Positions 22,415 to 35,944 of a DNA stretch of 64,000 nucleotides are shown here, piece by piece. Source of the DNA: Azolla caroliniana (Eukaryota > Plantae > Polypodiophyta); NCBI GenBank assembly GCA_043228905.1, contig JBHGNT010000009.1, forward strand, positions 5,270,001-5,334,000. Reading direction: 5' to 3'. The translations under genes were made by a program, and so were the position numbers. The notes under the pieces were generated by a model, which was not told the DNA's origin, ran no database searches, and worked only from the letters and a program-made list of their open reading frames with translations. Position 1 is the stretch's first letter. Every line of letters starts with the position of its first letter.

Positions 22415-22715
22415 CAATGTTATCAATGCAAAACTATAAACAAATAGTCAATCCACCAAATCTCCACTGTTTGGAACCGTCTTCCAATTTGTCAGCATGT
22501 GCCCATGTATCAACAATCAAGGGGCTAAAACGTATGCGACCAATTGGGGGGGGCAATGTTATCAATGCAAAACTATAAACAAATAGTTAATCCACCAAAT
22601 CTCAACTGTTTCGAACCGTGTTCCAATTTGTCAGCATTTGCCCATGTATCAACAATCTGTGCCCATGTATCAACAATTGAGGGGCTAAAACGTATGCCAC
22701 CGATTGGGGGGGCAA
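22415..22715. repeat. Two-copy ~140-160-bp tandem repeat ending in G-runs
   Basis: caatgttatcaatgcaaaactataaacaaatag...ggggctaaaacgtatgc..attggggggg occurs twice. Confidence 0.9.
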
Positions 22716-22889
22716 CATCTAAGCCAACGATATACATATGAAGCTCCCGCAAGCGGCAATAGGAGGTTATAGTTCGCCATCATATCCATATGATCCATTC
22801 ATATTTTTCCCTAACTTGAGAGAAGTTAGCTTCTGGGAGGGGTTTCACCCAAATTACTCCATTCTTAAGAAGAGGGCTTCCATGGAACA

Positions 22890-23325
22890 CTTGTATATGT
22901 ATGTATATATACATATATAGATATGTATAAATGTGTACATACATACATATGGATGTATATACATACCATCCATACGTATATGTATGTGTCTATGTATATA
23001 TTATATATACAGATATCATGATGTACATGTGTACATACATACATATGGATATATATACCATCTATATGTATATGTATGTGTATGTATATATGTATATACA
23101 TTATATGGTATAGATACACATAGCCATTCACATTCACATATACATATACATATATGATATACATATACTGTTATACATATATACATATCATATGTATATG
23201 TATATGATATACATATACATGTATACATGTATATGTATATGTATATGTATATGACATATATATACCGTATACGTATATACATATAAATTACAACTAATAT
23301 GTACATATACATATACATACATATA
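22890..23325. repeat. (TA)/(CATA)/(TATG) low-complexity tract
   Basis: Directly visible. Confidence 0.9.
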
Positions 23326-25799
23326 AATGACGACTAAATGAAGGAAGAGTCTTGTGATCCTCTGTTCTGTTCTGTTCTGCTACCATGGTGTTCTCTGGAT
23401 CTGCTCTGCTCCTTCCTCTGATGATGATTACGATGGTGCGCGTATCAGGTACACATCCATGTGCTCTTAACATCCTTTTTAAGTAAAGCAAGGCTTCTCG
23501 AGAGAGCAAGAGAGACTTTGCTTGCCTATTCTTTTCGTCTTAGGGTTTGTAAGCTTTTCTTTAGTCCTAGCCAGAAAAATAGAGAGAGTATTAGCGTGAC
23601 AATGAATATATTCTAACGAGATGGGGACGGGCCTGGGCCTGGGCCTGACCACATGGTAGGAATTGAAGTTGGGCTTCCTCTGTTTTAGAGGGAGATTACT
23701 TATCTTCATACTCTCTGAGAGGTCCTGTTACTGGATTTCCGCGGATGATTATCAGGCATTATAAATTTCTCAGGTAGGTTTACAAATTTTGTTTTGTGAT
23801 GTGATTAATGCATTTCCTCCATCGGAAAACCCAAACTTCTGTTTTTATAGATACAATATCCTTTTCCAATGGAAAAGATAATGCACACAACTCCATTTTA
23901 GCAAAGTATAATTTATTTTATTTTTTTCTAACACACAATTATGGTTGCAACCTCTTTGGGTCTACTAAGGCATGCGCTATAAAGAGTCTCTTCCTGTATT
24001 TCGAAAATTGAGTTTGTTGGAGGAGTTTGTATGAGATTGGCACATTGAATGATCTAGATTAGGATGCATTCCGGAACAGTGGCATATTCTTTACATTGGA
24101 GTGTAAAGTGCTCTTTACACATTAGATTTTGACAACACGGAAATTTGATTTACTCTTTATTTCTCTGTATGATCCATTCTCGATTATGAGATGCTGACTC
24201 CATTTATAGAGAAGAGAAAGATTGTTTTTCATGCTTTGAATGGATCATGTACTATTGGGTGCATGCTCCCTGACATTTACTGTAGATTTCCCAACATATC
24301 AGTTTGATGTGAGTCTGACAATACTCCAATTTTGTATGCATTGTATCTCCTTTACATTTGTTGGCTAGTGTGTTCACAAGGCATTGTTCAGTGTTCTTCA
24401 TAGTCATGTTCTCCCGGAGTGCTCATCCACATTCCATCTTTTTAACCATTTGCATTATAGGAGAGCTTCCTACTCTTGTTTGTCTTCTTTATTTCATTGT
24501 GAAAATCCCAAGTTTGAATTTGATAGGCAGAGTGCCTAAATGTGTATATCTCTGTTGGTAAGGTTGTTTAATGGAGAATAGAAGGTCATATCTACATTCC
24601 ATTGGGCCATCTAATAATTTAGCGACCCCAGTGAGAGTAGAAACCCAAGTCCATGTGTCAGTAAAATTAAGGCATTGAACATGGCCAAATGCTGTGAGAA
24701 AAAAGAAAAGAGAAAAGAAAATATACGTGAATGACTACTCTAGGCCAAGCCAAGATGTGCTTACGAAATAATGATAACAAATATGGGTAACTTCAGGTTT
24801 TCCATACTGAAAAAATAGAACCGCTAGGTTTTCTAAAGCTTCATGATAATGATGTTAATGAATAAGTGGCGCAACAAATGATATTGACTCTTGAGATGAT
24901 TTTAAAAACATGAAGTGCATGACCACTATGTATGGGAACCATACTGAAGAAATAAAATCTCCAGGCTTTATAAGGATACACAACAGTGATCTTAATGAAG
25001 GAGGTGGCATTGCCATTGATAATAACTCTTGAGATGATTTTACAATTATGACATAACTATGTACAGTATGAGTAGTAGTAAGGTTGGCTGATGGTAGAGA
25101 GAGGCATGGGTTCTGATGAGCAAATAAAAAGAAAAATAGAATTAGAATAGAAATAAATAATGGTTAAATAAGCTCAGAAGAAAAACATAAATAATACGGT
25201 CTGGTGACAGAATCCGTTTTTTCCATCTGTATAACATTTATTTTCAATTAACTGATATCTAACAAGTAGACATGCTTTGATTGCATTTTTTTTTCACGTT
25301 TGTTCATCGTATTAACCACAAAGTCAAATTATTTTGTATGTTGATTTTGTGGCAGGTTTGCTTTGATCAAGGGCCATTTGAAGTGTTTATAGTGACTTAT
25401 TCTTTTATTTGATTTTCTACCTCAATAGTTCTTTTTGCATTTTATCATCCTTAAAATCGAGCATATTTTGGATGTCTAATCTGCCCTTGAAAATTCAATT
25501 TGGAGGTTGGATGGTCTCCGAAGTTTCCCGAAGGCTCCAAATTGTAGACATTCATTGTTGCCACTTCTCGGCATGTGACAGATGGGATAAACAATTTGCG
25601 AAATTGGATACAGACTAATTTAAAGCCTCGTAAACATAAACGAGGCTCAAATCTTGAACATTCTTCCCTCAAAAATACCGCAAACATTCATATATATATG
25701 TACACATAGATACATATATATTTATATATATCTTTGTCCTTATTGGGCCATAAATAAGCTCCTTTATCTAAACATTTAACAATAATATAGTTATAAAAA

Positions 25800-28700
25800 A
25801 TGGATTCTGGAGCTACAATAATCTCTCCAGAAACATCAACAAGGGTTTCTAAAGAGGATACTATGAGCTGTGAATTTGTGTCAGTAAGTGATACAATTCC
25901 TGTCTACGCTAAGGAGCTCATTGCAGGGGGTGCTGCGGGGGGTATTGCAAAGACGATTGTTGCTCCTCTTGAGCGTGTCAAGATTCTATACCAGGTGAAT
26001 ATTCCTTCTCAGCAATATAGTATCTTCCAACCAAGCATTTTATATCATTTCAATATATTAGACTACTATAAGGTGGGGAATGGGAATCGTGAGATTCAAT
26101 TTTAGCCACCTTATATATAGCCCCTCCCCTTTCTGAACATTTTTGTTCAATGCAAAAGAGGATGTACAGCACAAGATTGCTTAAAACCTTGGAACTTTGT
26201 CTTGGTAAAATTGTGCTTTTAAATGCTGTAGTAAGAATCTATGGTTTCTATTATATCAACAATTGGTAATTAATCCATTGTTTGTGGTGCTAAATGTGGA
26301 TTATATATATTTACCATATATTAATCTATTATGTTTTGGTTTTGGCATGCAGACAAGGTATCAGAAGTTTCAAAGTTTAGGAATTAGGCAATCATTAAGA
26401 TTTATCCTCACTAAAGAGGGATTTCCTGGTTTCTACAAGTAAGTACCTGCATCAGTGGATTATATCTAACAAATGCAGCATTATAGAAAAGATAAAACAC
26501 AAGATAATATCATGTTAACATATTTACAGGGGAAATGGAGCTAGTGTGATAAGAGTTGTGCCATATGCAGCTTTACACTTTATGACGTATGAGCAATACA
26601 GGAGGTTGATAATAGATCATTATCCACATGTATCACCTGGTGCATATGTAGACCTTCTTGCTGGTTCCATGGCCGGAGGGACTGCTGTCCTTTGCACTTA
26701 TCCATTAGACTTGGCTAGAACTAGATTGGCATATCAGGTTCGATAGTTCTCTACCTACTCTTCTCTTTCTTTTGTTTTTGAAACTGCATGGTAGGGTATG
26801 TCATGTTACTTTATTGTCTTGTTGTGTATTGCATCATATCATATTGTATCGCATCACATTGCGTCACATCTCTCTCTCTCTCTCTCATTTAGGTCTATTT
26901 TTCTGGAAGATAGCAATGTTTATTGTACCTGATTTGACAGGTCAAGGATGTAGCTGCAAATACGACAGTTTATCGAGGAATTGGCCACCTTTTTTCCAAG
27001 ACTTTGCAGGAAAGTGGGATACGAGGCTTGTATCGTGGAGTTGGTAAGCAACAAGAATTGTTGCATATTTCTCTTGGAATAAGACTGGATCACAGATGTT
27101 TATATTTTGGAATTTATCGGAAATAAACTCAAAATTAAAATGAATGGGAAATTTGTTTTTGCCCACCATCGAGTATGCATTTGAAACTGAGGGTTATTGT
27201 TGTAAATGGCAAACAAGTTCAGGGTGTTTTGGTGTTCTTCCTAGAATCCAACCTTAAAGAAATGCATTCCTTCAGTTTTCAAAATAAATTTGGTTTTAAA
27301 GATTATGTGAATACCCTTCTGAACTAGTGAAGCATTGAAGACTGGCATGCTCTCTCTCTCTCTCTGAAAGAAAAAGAATAGATATCTGATGAAGGAAAAG
27401 AAGAAGAAGACGATGAAGCAGTGGCAAAAGCAATAACAGAGGCAGATGTGTTCTAAGACTTCTTGCCCCAACTCTAGGACACGCCTTTATATACTAGCTC
27501 CTATGTAAAGGGGTTAGTATGCCCACAGAACCTTAGTCTTGTGCAGGCATACTAGCCCTTTTGCCTACACATCCTTGATGTTTTGTGTCCACACTCATGC
27601 CTAAGACTTCCCAGGATGGTCCTTGATACTACCAGGAGGACTGAATGATCAGTCATCTTCCTTGATAACAAAGTCTAGAAACACCTGAAACTCACACAGA
27701 TTCCAAAGTAGCACAAAGGATGACCTTTCCAAGACACCAGAAATTGGTGGAAAGCACAATCCTCAACGTCTCTTGAATGTCTAGGATATGATCCAGTTCC
27801 AAGTTAACTGAAAGACTCTGCAGTTCCACATTACCATCCACCATCTTGTCATCTTGTCTTCATTTAGTAGACAATTCACCATCTATCCACCAACATGTAA
27901 CACGGATGGATATGACTATTTGCCAGTTTCTATTTCTTTATCATTATCCATGGACCACGATGTCTAGGATATGATCCAGTTCCAAGTTAACTGAAAGACT
28001 CTGCAGTTCCACATTACCATCAACCATCTTGTCATCTTGTCTTCATTTAGTAGACAATTCACCATCTATCCACTAACATGTAACACGGGATGGATATGAC
28101 TATTTGCCAGTTTCTATTTCTTTATCATTATCCATGGACCACGATATCTTGGAGACAGTTTAGGCAGCTTAATAGCGGAACCAATACGTGGTGTAACCCA
28201 CTGCTCTTCTACCTGTAATGATCTTGGATTACATCTCGTGCTAACAAAATGTCTCTCTCTCCATATTGGGCCGGATATTTCTTTTTCCAATATGTATCAT
28301 GACTCTCATATTGTATCTTGTGCTGACAAAATGTCTCTCTCTCCATATTGGGTTAGATATTTCTTTTTCCAATCCTATTAAATATAGACAAGCTGGCTGA
28401 ACCCCATAATTTAGCTTGAACAGGGAAGACCTAGTTGTTGAATGATTCCCTGAGTTATATGAAAACCCAAGTACCAGCAAATAACTTTCTGAGTATGTCT
28501 TATAAACACCTGGTTAACCCTCTTTGTGTAATTATCAGTCTTAGCACGTCCTCTGCTACGAAATTTCAATTTAGTTCCTAGAGTCGCAAAGAGGCCAATA
28601 GTTTTGCGCAATGCAGAGATACACAATACATGTTGAATGAACAGATTGGCTACCTGTGTAGCGATTTTCATTTTAAAGAACTTCAGAATGTGGTGTATTT

Positions 28701-29957
28701 TATGGATTGTCCTCCCAACCTTAGGACAGTGCCTTTATATACTAGCTTCCTGCAGGGGGTACTATGCATGTCCATCCCCTTGCCCACAAAGCCTTAATGC
28801 CGTGTCGTCACACTCATATTCCGGAACATCTTAGTCTTGTCCTATGACACGTATGGTATGGTCGTGGCAAATTCTGGTTTTTGGAAACTGAGTTCTCCTG
28901 TAGATATCAATCATGTTTCAGGTATTTTGGTGTTTATTTTTAAGTTTTTTGATAAATATCCAACAAGTTTCAGGTATTTTGATGGTCAAACAGAAATTGG
29001 TAAAATCAGACTTAACATATAATGAAATGGTATTATAATCTATGTGAAAATTCATTGTTTTGGTATCTAAGAAGCTTTTCTTTACAGGTGCTACTCTATA
29101 TGGCATGCTTCCTTATGCTGGACTAAAGTTTTTTATCTATGAAAAATTGAAGACCTCGTTGCCAAATGAATCTCAAAATTCGATTTTTGCGAAACTTGCA
29201 TGTGGAGCCATAGCAGGGTTAACAGGACAAACAATCATATACCCACTGGATGTTGTGAGGCGGCAAATGCAAGTATGTTATATTGAGGCTTTTTATATTT
29301 AGAAAAAAAATTATACCACTAATTTGTTGGTGGATAAATACTGCCTAGTTTTTAAAAAATGACTGGATTACTTCTTTCTGGTGCAAAATTGATTAAGAGT
29401 ATTTACGCTATTCAAATTTGAAAACCTTGGAGTATTTTGGTCAATATCCTAAATGTTTGAGGTATTTTAGTCTCATGATTTTGAGTTTTTTCATATCCAT
29501 TATTTTTCCCTGGCTTTCTCCAATGTGGTTTGTGCGCTAGGTACAATCTGAGGCCAAATATAGGAATACATTGGATGGACTTCTTACAATTGTACGTACA
29601 CAAGGCTTGAGGCAGTTGTACGCTGGCATTAGTATTAATCATATCAAGGTAGACATTATCAGGGAAAGAGAAATTAAATGAAATGAAGTGTTACTTTATT
29701 GTGTCTTCAAAACAAATGACAATGAGAGCAAGGAATTATACCTATATTTATAGTCAGGAATATATATCTATTACAAATTGAGCTATTAAAAATGAAATTT
29801 GTTAATTTTGTTAATAATATTTATACTGATCAGTGAATTTAACCTTTTCTTTTTGTGATGGTACTTGTAGCTGGTACCATCAGTCGCAATAGGATTTGCT
29901 ACCTATGATGCTTTCAAAGGTATTCTTGGTGTCCCCCCTCGACAACAGGGAAGATGA
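25800..29957 (+). CDS. COAC: Mitochondrial carrier family protein, CoA-transporter (CoAc1/CoAc2)-like, 7 coding exons
   Basis: Exons 25800-25994, 26353-26438, 26530-26737, 26941-27043, 29088-29272, 29541-29648 and 29871-29957. All introns are GT-AG and the frame is kept. Three carrier signatures: PLERVK, PLDLAR and PLDVVR. KELIAGG...[24 protein letters not shown] matches the plant CoA-carrier subfamily. A probable 5'UTR intron runs 23774-25355. Confidence 0.92.
27200..28760 (-). mobile_element. Decayed gypsy-like LTR element remnant in intron 4 of the carrier gene
   Basis: Integrase-like fragments [31 protein letters not shown] and [21 protein letters not shown], plus an LTR-like TATA/(GA)n segment at 27200-27760. 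Confidence 0.6.
27778..28143. repeat. ~183-bp near-perfect tandem duplication
   Basis: atgtctaggatatgatccagttcc...ccatggaccacg at 27778-27959 and 27960-28143. Confidence 0.95.
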
Positions 29958-30939
29958 AACACAATGTGACACTTGCAAAAGATGAACCTTCAATTCCGTG
30001 AATGTCGTTAAGGATGTTGATTGAGAAACAAAAGCATTAACACGAATGATGAGTTAATGCTAGTTGCAAGAATGACCCTTCAATGACATGCAGGTGTTCA
30101 ATGACTTTGATTAAGGAATGTCACTACCACTACAAATGACTCTTAACTAAATTAAATACTAGAATAGTTGGTGGAAAAGGTGCTTTTGCCTCACGCAATT
30201 TTCTATGTTTGCATTTGATTCGGAACAAAAGAAATGGAAATTGTCCTACCATTGACTTTCTTCAACGCATGTTCTATCACTTACATTAAGGTAGTATACA
30301 GTGGAAGTTTATTATGTTTCAAGTGTTTCACGTCTGCATGGATGATAGCCTGGACAACCCTAGAGCATGGCAACTGAAATTTATTTTCAGTCTCCAAGTA
30401 ATGACAAATTTTAATACTTCATAAATGGGTTCAAAAGACTATTTTAAAAAAAGATTGTATTGGCATAAACATACAACACTATGTTTTTGTTATCATCTTT
30501 TTGGGAAAATTATCAGAATATGTATTTCAAATTCAGAAAGTACAATTAGTTTGCTGCATTAAATAAAAAATTAAAGGCTTGTAATAAATCACACGAAAAA
30601 AAAGTTAAGATCTCTTACCTGAAAAGAATATGATGAGGTTTCGAAGATTTAGCATTTGTGATTATTAATAAATGTAATTTCTGCTGTAATTGGAAAGTGA
30701 GCATGAGTTGATTGGTCAAATTCTAATCTTAATCTGCTGCTGATTGTGTCAACTAGTGAGTAGACATTTCCTATTAAAAACTGGAATTTGGTAGCCTGGT
30801 TTCCAATTGGAAGCTTAAGTAGGTGCTTCATACATGGTTAGGATTCATGCAAACTAAACAAACACATGCACGAAGTTTGAAAATAAGGTGTATTTTCTGT
30901 ATATGGACATAATTTTGTAGTTTTGTTTGTCATGTTTGG

Positions 30940-31432
30940 GATGTGGGATCCTTTTGCTGTGCTGTAATAACAATGAGATGCACTATTCAATGTGGAATAT
31001 GAAATTCTCGACCATATTTTCTCTTCTATGGTTGCCATTCAGGTGAAAATGTAGGATATTTTGCTTCTTAGATAGTTAGGTTTTTGAGATAGGTATGATT
31101 TTAAAGAATGTGATATAAAAGCAATCTTTAGCTACGGAATGCTCTTGTAATGCAAGATTTTCTGAAAACAATCATGCTTTTTCACCATTAATCTCACAAT
31201 TGGAAGGTCTAAGCTACATACGTACATTGGGGATCTTTTTGCTGTCCCGCAATAACAATGAGATGCACTATTCAATGCTGAATATGAAATTCTCGATCGT
31301 ATAATAATGTGATACAAAAGCAATCTTTAGCTATGGAATGCTCCTGTAATGCAAGATTTTCTGAAAACTATCATGCTTTTTCACCATCAATCTCACAATC
31401 GGAAGGTGTAACCTACATACGTACATTGGGGT
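30940..31432. repeat. Local segmental duplications
   Basis: 30940-31012 resembles 31228-31296, and 31108-31232 resembles 31307-31432. Confidence 0.85.
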
Positions 31433-32712
31433 CTTGTACGAACATTGAAATTGAAACTTGGGTATGATGAGGTGTGGGTGAAATGTTTTAGTTAGTACAG
31501 ATGGGGTAATTAGTTTTATGGTTTGATCTTGCATTAAATTTCCTCTTGGCTTAGAAAAACATCTAGCCTCTTCTTTGTTTTTCTCTACTGTTAAATAGTT
31601 GTGCACATTTTGATGAACATTATAAGAAAAAGTGTCAACAAAGGCCTTGAAATGTATGCACTAGGATTTGTATGTTCATAGTTTTTTTGTGAATTTCAAT
31701 ACATCAGTTCGATCAAATATGTTATAGTTAACTTTGTGAACATGATTCAACACAAATATGGATATTTTTTGCTGTAGCGATTCCATTTTGAATTGGTGTA
31801 GTGAAGTTACTTCAATATCAACGTTTTCTATGTATGCAATTGCGTTACATGGATATCGTAAACATTGGTTTTGCATGCATGCAAACATTGAATATCAAAT
31901 TTGTTCAGCGAAATATCAATTAACATGTAATGTAGAAAGACCTCAAGAACCCATAGAAAGTTGTTTCAAAAGTAAAAAATCTCTTACTCATAAAAGATTT
32001 CCATATGTTAGTTTAGGATTGCAAAATTTCCTTAGTAGAACATATCAAATAAAATAAAACATGAAGAATTCTAGCATCTTTCTCCCATATATACCCCAAG
32101 GACAGGAAAAGACAACATGACAAGTTAGTTAGCTAGATGCATGGATTTATTTTGTGCTCAACTTTATTTGGGTTTAGTATGCATAATATAAACAACCAAC
32201 ATGTAGTCTACCACGTAGATAGATAGATGGATAGATTTTATTATCATCTTCGAAGATAGAATATGACCTATGAGACGGAGAGATGGAGATGGAGAGAGAA
32301 CCAATCATGAAAACTAGAAACCGACATGTTACCATGTGAACATGCATGATGAGTGTGACGATACATAGTGTGAACCGAGACACGAAGACCCAAAACTGAC
32401 ATGTGACCTTGTGAACATATGCATGATGACTGAGACGACAATGTGAACCCAGACACGAAGACTAGAAACCGAGGTCCGACATGTGACCCCGTGAAAATGC
32501 ATGATGACTATGAAAGGGTCCATAATTCTAAGCTTGGGTGTCAACTTTGTCCAAGAGAAAGGCATGAACAAGTCTTAAGGAAAAAACGTGAGCCCATAGC
32601 CTTAACACACACAGACATACACACATGTACATCATGCATATTCATACTCATTCATATACATATGATACATCCTAACCAAACACAGGCAAATAAAGTTGGT
32701 GTTGCTTGAAAG

Positions 32713-33051
32713 ATGCAAAACAAGGGATTTAACCAAAAGATGGGGATGAGGTTAATGTTGGTGGTGGTGATGTTGGTGCTCTTGATGGATATGGTGGTCT
32801 TCCCGACAATGGCGAGCACTTTCATCGTGTGGCAAGGGCCGGGATGCAACAACGTGGCTCGATCCATCACCAATTGTGGTTGCTCCAACATTGCCTCGGA
32901 CACACATGGCGGGTACCAGTTCACGTATTCCGGCCAGACGGCAGCCGCGTACAATGCAGCGGATTGCCAGGGAGTCGCGCAAACCCGATTTGATAGCTCG
33001 GTCCAAGATTGTAGGGCTTTCGGGTGGCAAAGCTTTTTTATTCAATGCTAG
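32713..33051 (+). CDS. MiAMP1-family (beta-barrelin) antimicrobial peptide precursor
   Basis: Intronless. A hydrophobic signal peptide is followed by STFIVWQGPGCNN...CGCSNI..HGGYQFTYSGQTAAAYN..DCQGVAQTRF...QDC..FGWQSFFIQC, with the six-Cys MiAMP1 pattern. Confidence 0.95.
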   Translation: MQNKGFNQKMGMRLMLVVVMLVLLMDMVVFPTMASTFIVWQGPGCNNVARSITNCGCSNIASDTHGGYQFTYSGQTAAAYNAADCQGVAQTRFDSSVQDCRAFGWQSFFIQC

Positions 33052-33516
33052 CTAGCTACCTAGCTAGCTTGGTGGGAGGCCTCTCTCTCTCTCCATAGAT
33101 AGGAGTCAACAAGGAGGGTTTCCCAACATGTTATATAAAAGCCTAATGCCTAGATCTTATGAATAATCCAATGTTATCACATTTTCGTTGGTACGTTTTT
33201 ACTTAGAATCGATAAAAAAAAACCGTTGTTGTTTTCCTTCCACACATGTTGTTCACAACCGTAAACTTCTTCTCTATGTTTTCCGATTTGAATCTATTTA
33301 TGTGCTATTCTTTAGATTTGTCGTGTACATAAATAAGCAAAAAATACCGATGATTCTCATCTAATGACTTGAGTAATTTCATGGTTTGTTAGGGGAAATA
33401 GGTCTATCATGAGCCCTGGCTAGCCATGAGTATCCAAGCAAGTCACATACTGAGGGATTAGTAGCGAACTCCGCTAAATATGCAAAGTTGAACCTACTTA
33501 TGTTTTTGTAGGGGAA

Positions 33517-33940
33517 ATGGATCAAGTTTTGAATGTAGAGTCACTTTCCTCCATAGCTTGTGGAGGGATAGATATTAATTGCATAGAAGATAAAAATTAC
33601 CATTTCTTTGAGTTCAATATCCCAAGTATGAAACAAAATTTGTCGAAATCTTATTTATTTGTGTATGTATGGTGCCAAATTTTGTGTATACATAAAGAGC
33701 TAATAATGAGAGTCATATAGCGAGTTACCCATGTACAATAGGGCCAATACAATGATGTTAACTTAAGAAACGAAAGGTAATTTATTGGTGTGATGACGTG
33801 TCACGAGGCTCGAGAGAGAAGATGTGATTGTCCAAGTGGCCAGTAGGGATACACTATAAGTCAATGAAATAGATATGCAAGGACCGTGGATTTTGAGCAG
33901 TTTAGGAGATGGCATATCAAGTGAGAGGCCCAATGATTCC
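33517..33940 (+). pseudogene. Small HSP (HSP20) pseudogene, inverted paralog of 35067-35944
   Basis: Exon 1 MDQVLNVESLSSIACGGIDINCIEDKNYHFFEFNIP aligns to the intact copy. The exon 2 remnant (LEREDVIVQVASRDTL*) has a stop and frameshifts and is truncated near 33940. Confidence 0.8.
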
Positions 33941-34009
33941 TGCTTTTCATTATCGTGATGGACTAGTCCTCATGATCCTAATCCTCGTGATCGTGATGGA
34001 TTCGTCGTA

Positions 34010-34140
34010 GTGATAACTTTGTCAAAGAGAAATCATGTTTGTGATTGTTTTGTCAAAGAGAAAGGAGGATGTTTTGTGATTACTTTGTCAAAGAGAGATA
34101 ATGTTTGTGATTACTTTGTCAAAGAGAGAATGTTTGTAAT
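34010..34140. repeat. Minisatellite, 4 copies of gtgattactttgtcaaagaga + short variable tail
   Basis: Directly visible ~30-bp period. Confidence 0.9.
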
Positions 34141-35066
34141 ATCGAAAGTAACTGGTGTGCAAGTGGATTAAACAATATTCCAATTTTGTGTACTAATGTT
34201 TTATCTTGTTAATTATAAGCTTCTTCAAACATGGTGCAGCCTATCACTAGTTTAATTCTCGCATGGTTTTATTGAGTGTTGGCATGCATAAGTTTCACCT
34301 CGTTGACAACACACCAAAGGTAACCCATGCACACAAGTTGACACAACTATCCATATTATTGTAGGCCTTTTTTTTTTTGTGTGTGTGTTGAAAACATTAA
34401 TACACTAGTTACTAAGTTTGTCATAGAGCATTCCCCTACTTATCACTATGATAGCAAACCATGTATGTCGAGATTATAAGATGGTGGGATGTCCACACAT
34501 ATCAAACTTAAACAATGTTAGCACATTGTTTCTCATCGTTCATGGATAGTAACTCATGCAGGGCTCCTTTTCTTGAGTAGGAAGTTATCAATTTACTACC
34601 AAAGTCAATGACAAGTTTTAGCCAAGTTAACCATATAAACATCATGATATTATTTTGTTACTTCCCCTAAAGGGAGATCTTGGACACTCGTTTAGAATTT
34701 TATTACCCTCCAAGTTGTTTTTGTTTGTCTTGATTCGATTTAAGTTTGAATTGTCTAAGTTGATTGTGGCATTTCTATTTGCATACATTTAGTTTTATAT
34801 ATTCCATAGTGATTCATGGTAGTTGCTTGATGTGTCTCTCTCCATGTAAGCAATCACAGACATACCAATCTATTATCGAAGTTCTAGTTTGAACTATGAA
34901 CATGGCAATCTCATGAAGGAACTCCAAATGTTTTAGATTATAAATTACCTTAAATTGTTCTAGCCATACATGATCTGTAAGTCAAAATCTATAAAAAAAA
35001 ACAATTCAATAACAAAGGTCAAGTGTTTGCATATATTTATTTAGATCCATGTGCAATCACTTATAT

Positions 35067-35944
35067 CTAGAGCATCGAGATGGGAATATCTTGAATAAGA
35101 GTCTTTGTCTTTGGTACAATAACCACGAGGACTCCATCACTATTATAGCTATTTATCTTGTTCATTTTCACATTGTTGGGAAGTTGAAATTTTCGAACAA
35201 AAATGCCATTGGGCCTCTCTTTGGCATGCCATGTTCCAACTCGCTCAATACCACCCGTGTGTCTCCCAGTCACTTGGAATGTATCCCTACCAACAACTTG
35301 GACAAACACGTCTTCACTCTTGAGTCCTGTAACATTATGACATTGCAAACTTTTTGGACTTTCTAGTGAAATCACTACAATTTGATTGTTTATCGTCTTG
35401 TTGAATGTTGTTAACATTAGACTTTAGATCTTTATTAAGTTCAAAAAACATTTGAAATGCTGATATTTAGCTCTATTTGAGAATGGTAAACTTAACCCCA
35501 CCTTCAAGTTGCAATTGCTTGAGATGTATGAAGGGAATGTCTAGTTCTTATTAAATATTTATTATTTTCGATAAAAGAAAAACAATAACCAAAACAATGG
35601 TTTTGGATCAACATTAGAGAAAAGTAAAAGACATTATTTTGGGCAATGGAAAGAGAGATGATCCGCAATAACAAAGAAAATTTAAGATAAACATTGAAAG
35701 ACTATCATAGATTAAGGATTCTTAGTGTTAATAAAATCTATTGTTTAGGGATCCTCACAAGAAAAGGAAGTTTAAAGAGACATAAAGGTATCATGCCCAT
35801 ATGTAAATGAATAAAAAGGCATTTTGGTTTCACACCTGGGACATTGAACTTGAAGATGTGGAAATCATCATCTTCTAGCCAATCAGTGTCTACACCTCCA
35901 TAGGTTTTGGTAGAGAGGGACTCTACATTCAAAATACGAGACAT
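35067..35944 (-). CDS. Small heat-shock / alpha-crystallin-domain protein, 122 aa, 2 exons, C-terminal SML
   Basis: Exons 35944-35836 and 35326-35067 (GT-AG, phase 1). Motifs TDWLEDDDFHIFKFNVPGLKSEDVFVQV, WHAKERPNGIFVRKFQLPNNV and DGVLVVIVPK. TATAAAT on the minus strand near 36023-36029. Confidence 0.88.

Noticed and set aside
34010-34140. CRISPR-like repeat-spacer look (21-bp repeat x4)
   Set aside because: The spacers are only ~8-14 nt and resemble each other, there are no cas genes, and the context is eukaryotic. It is a minisatellite.
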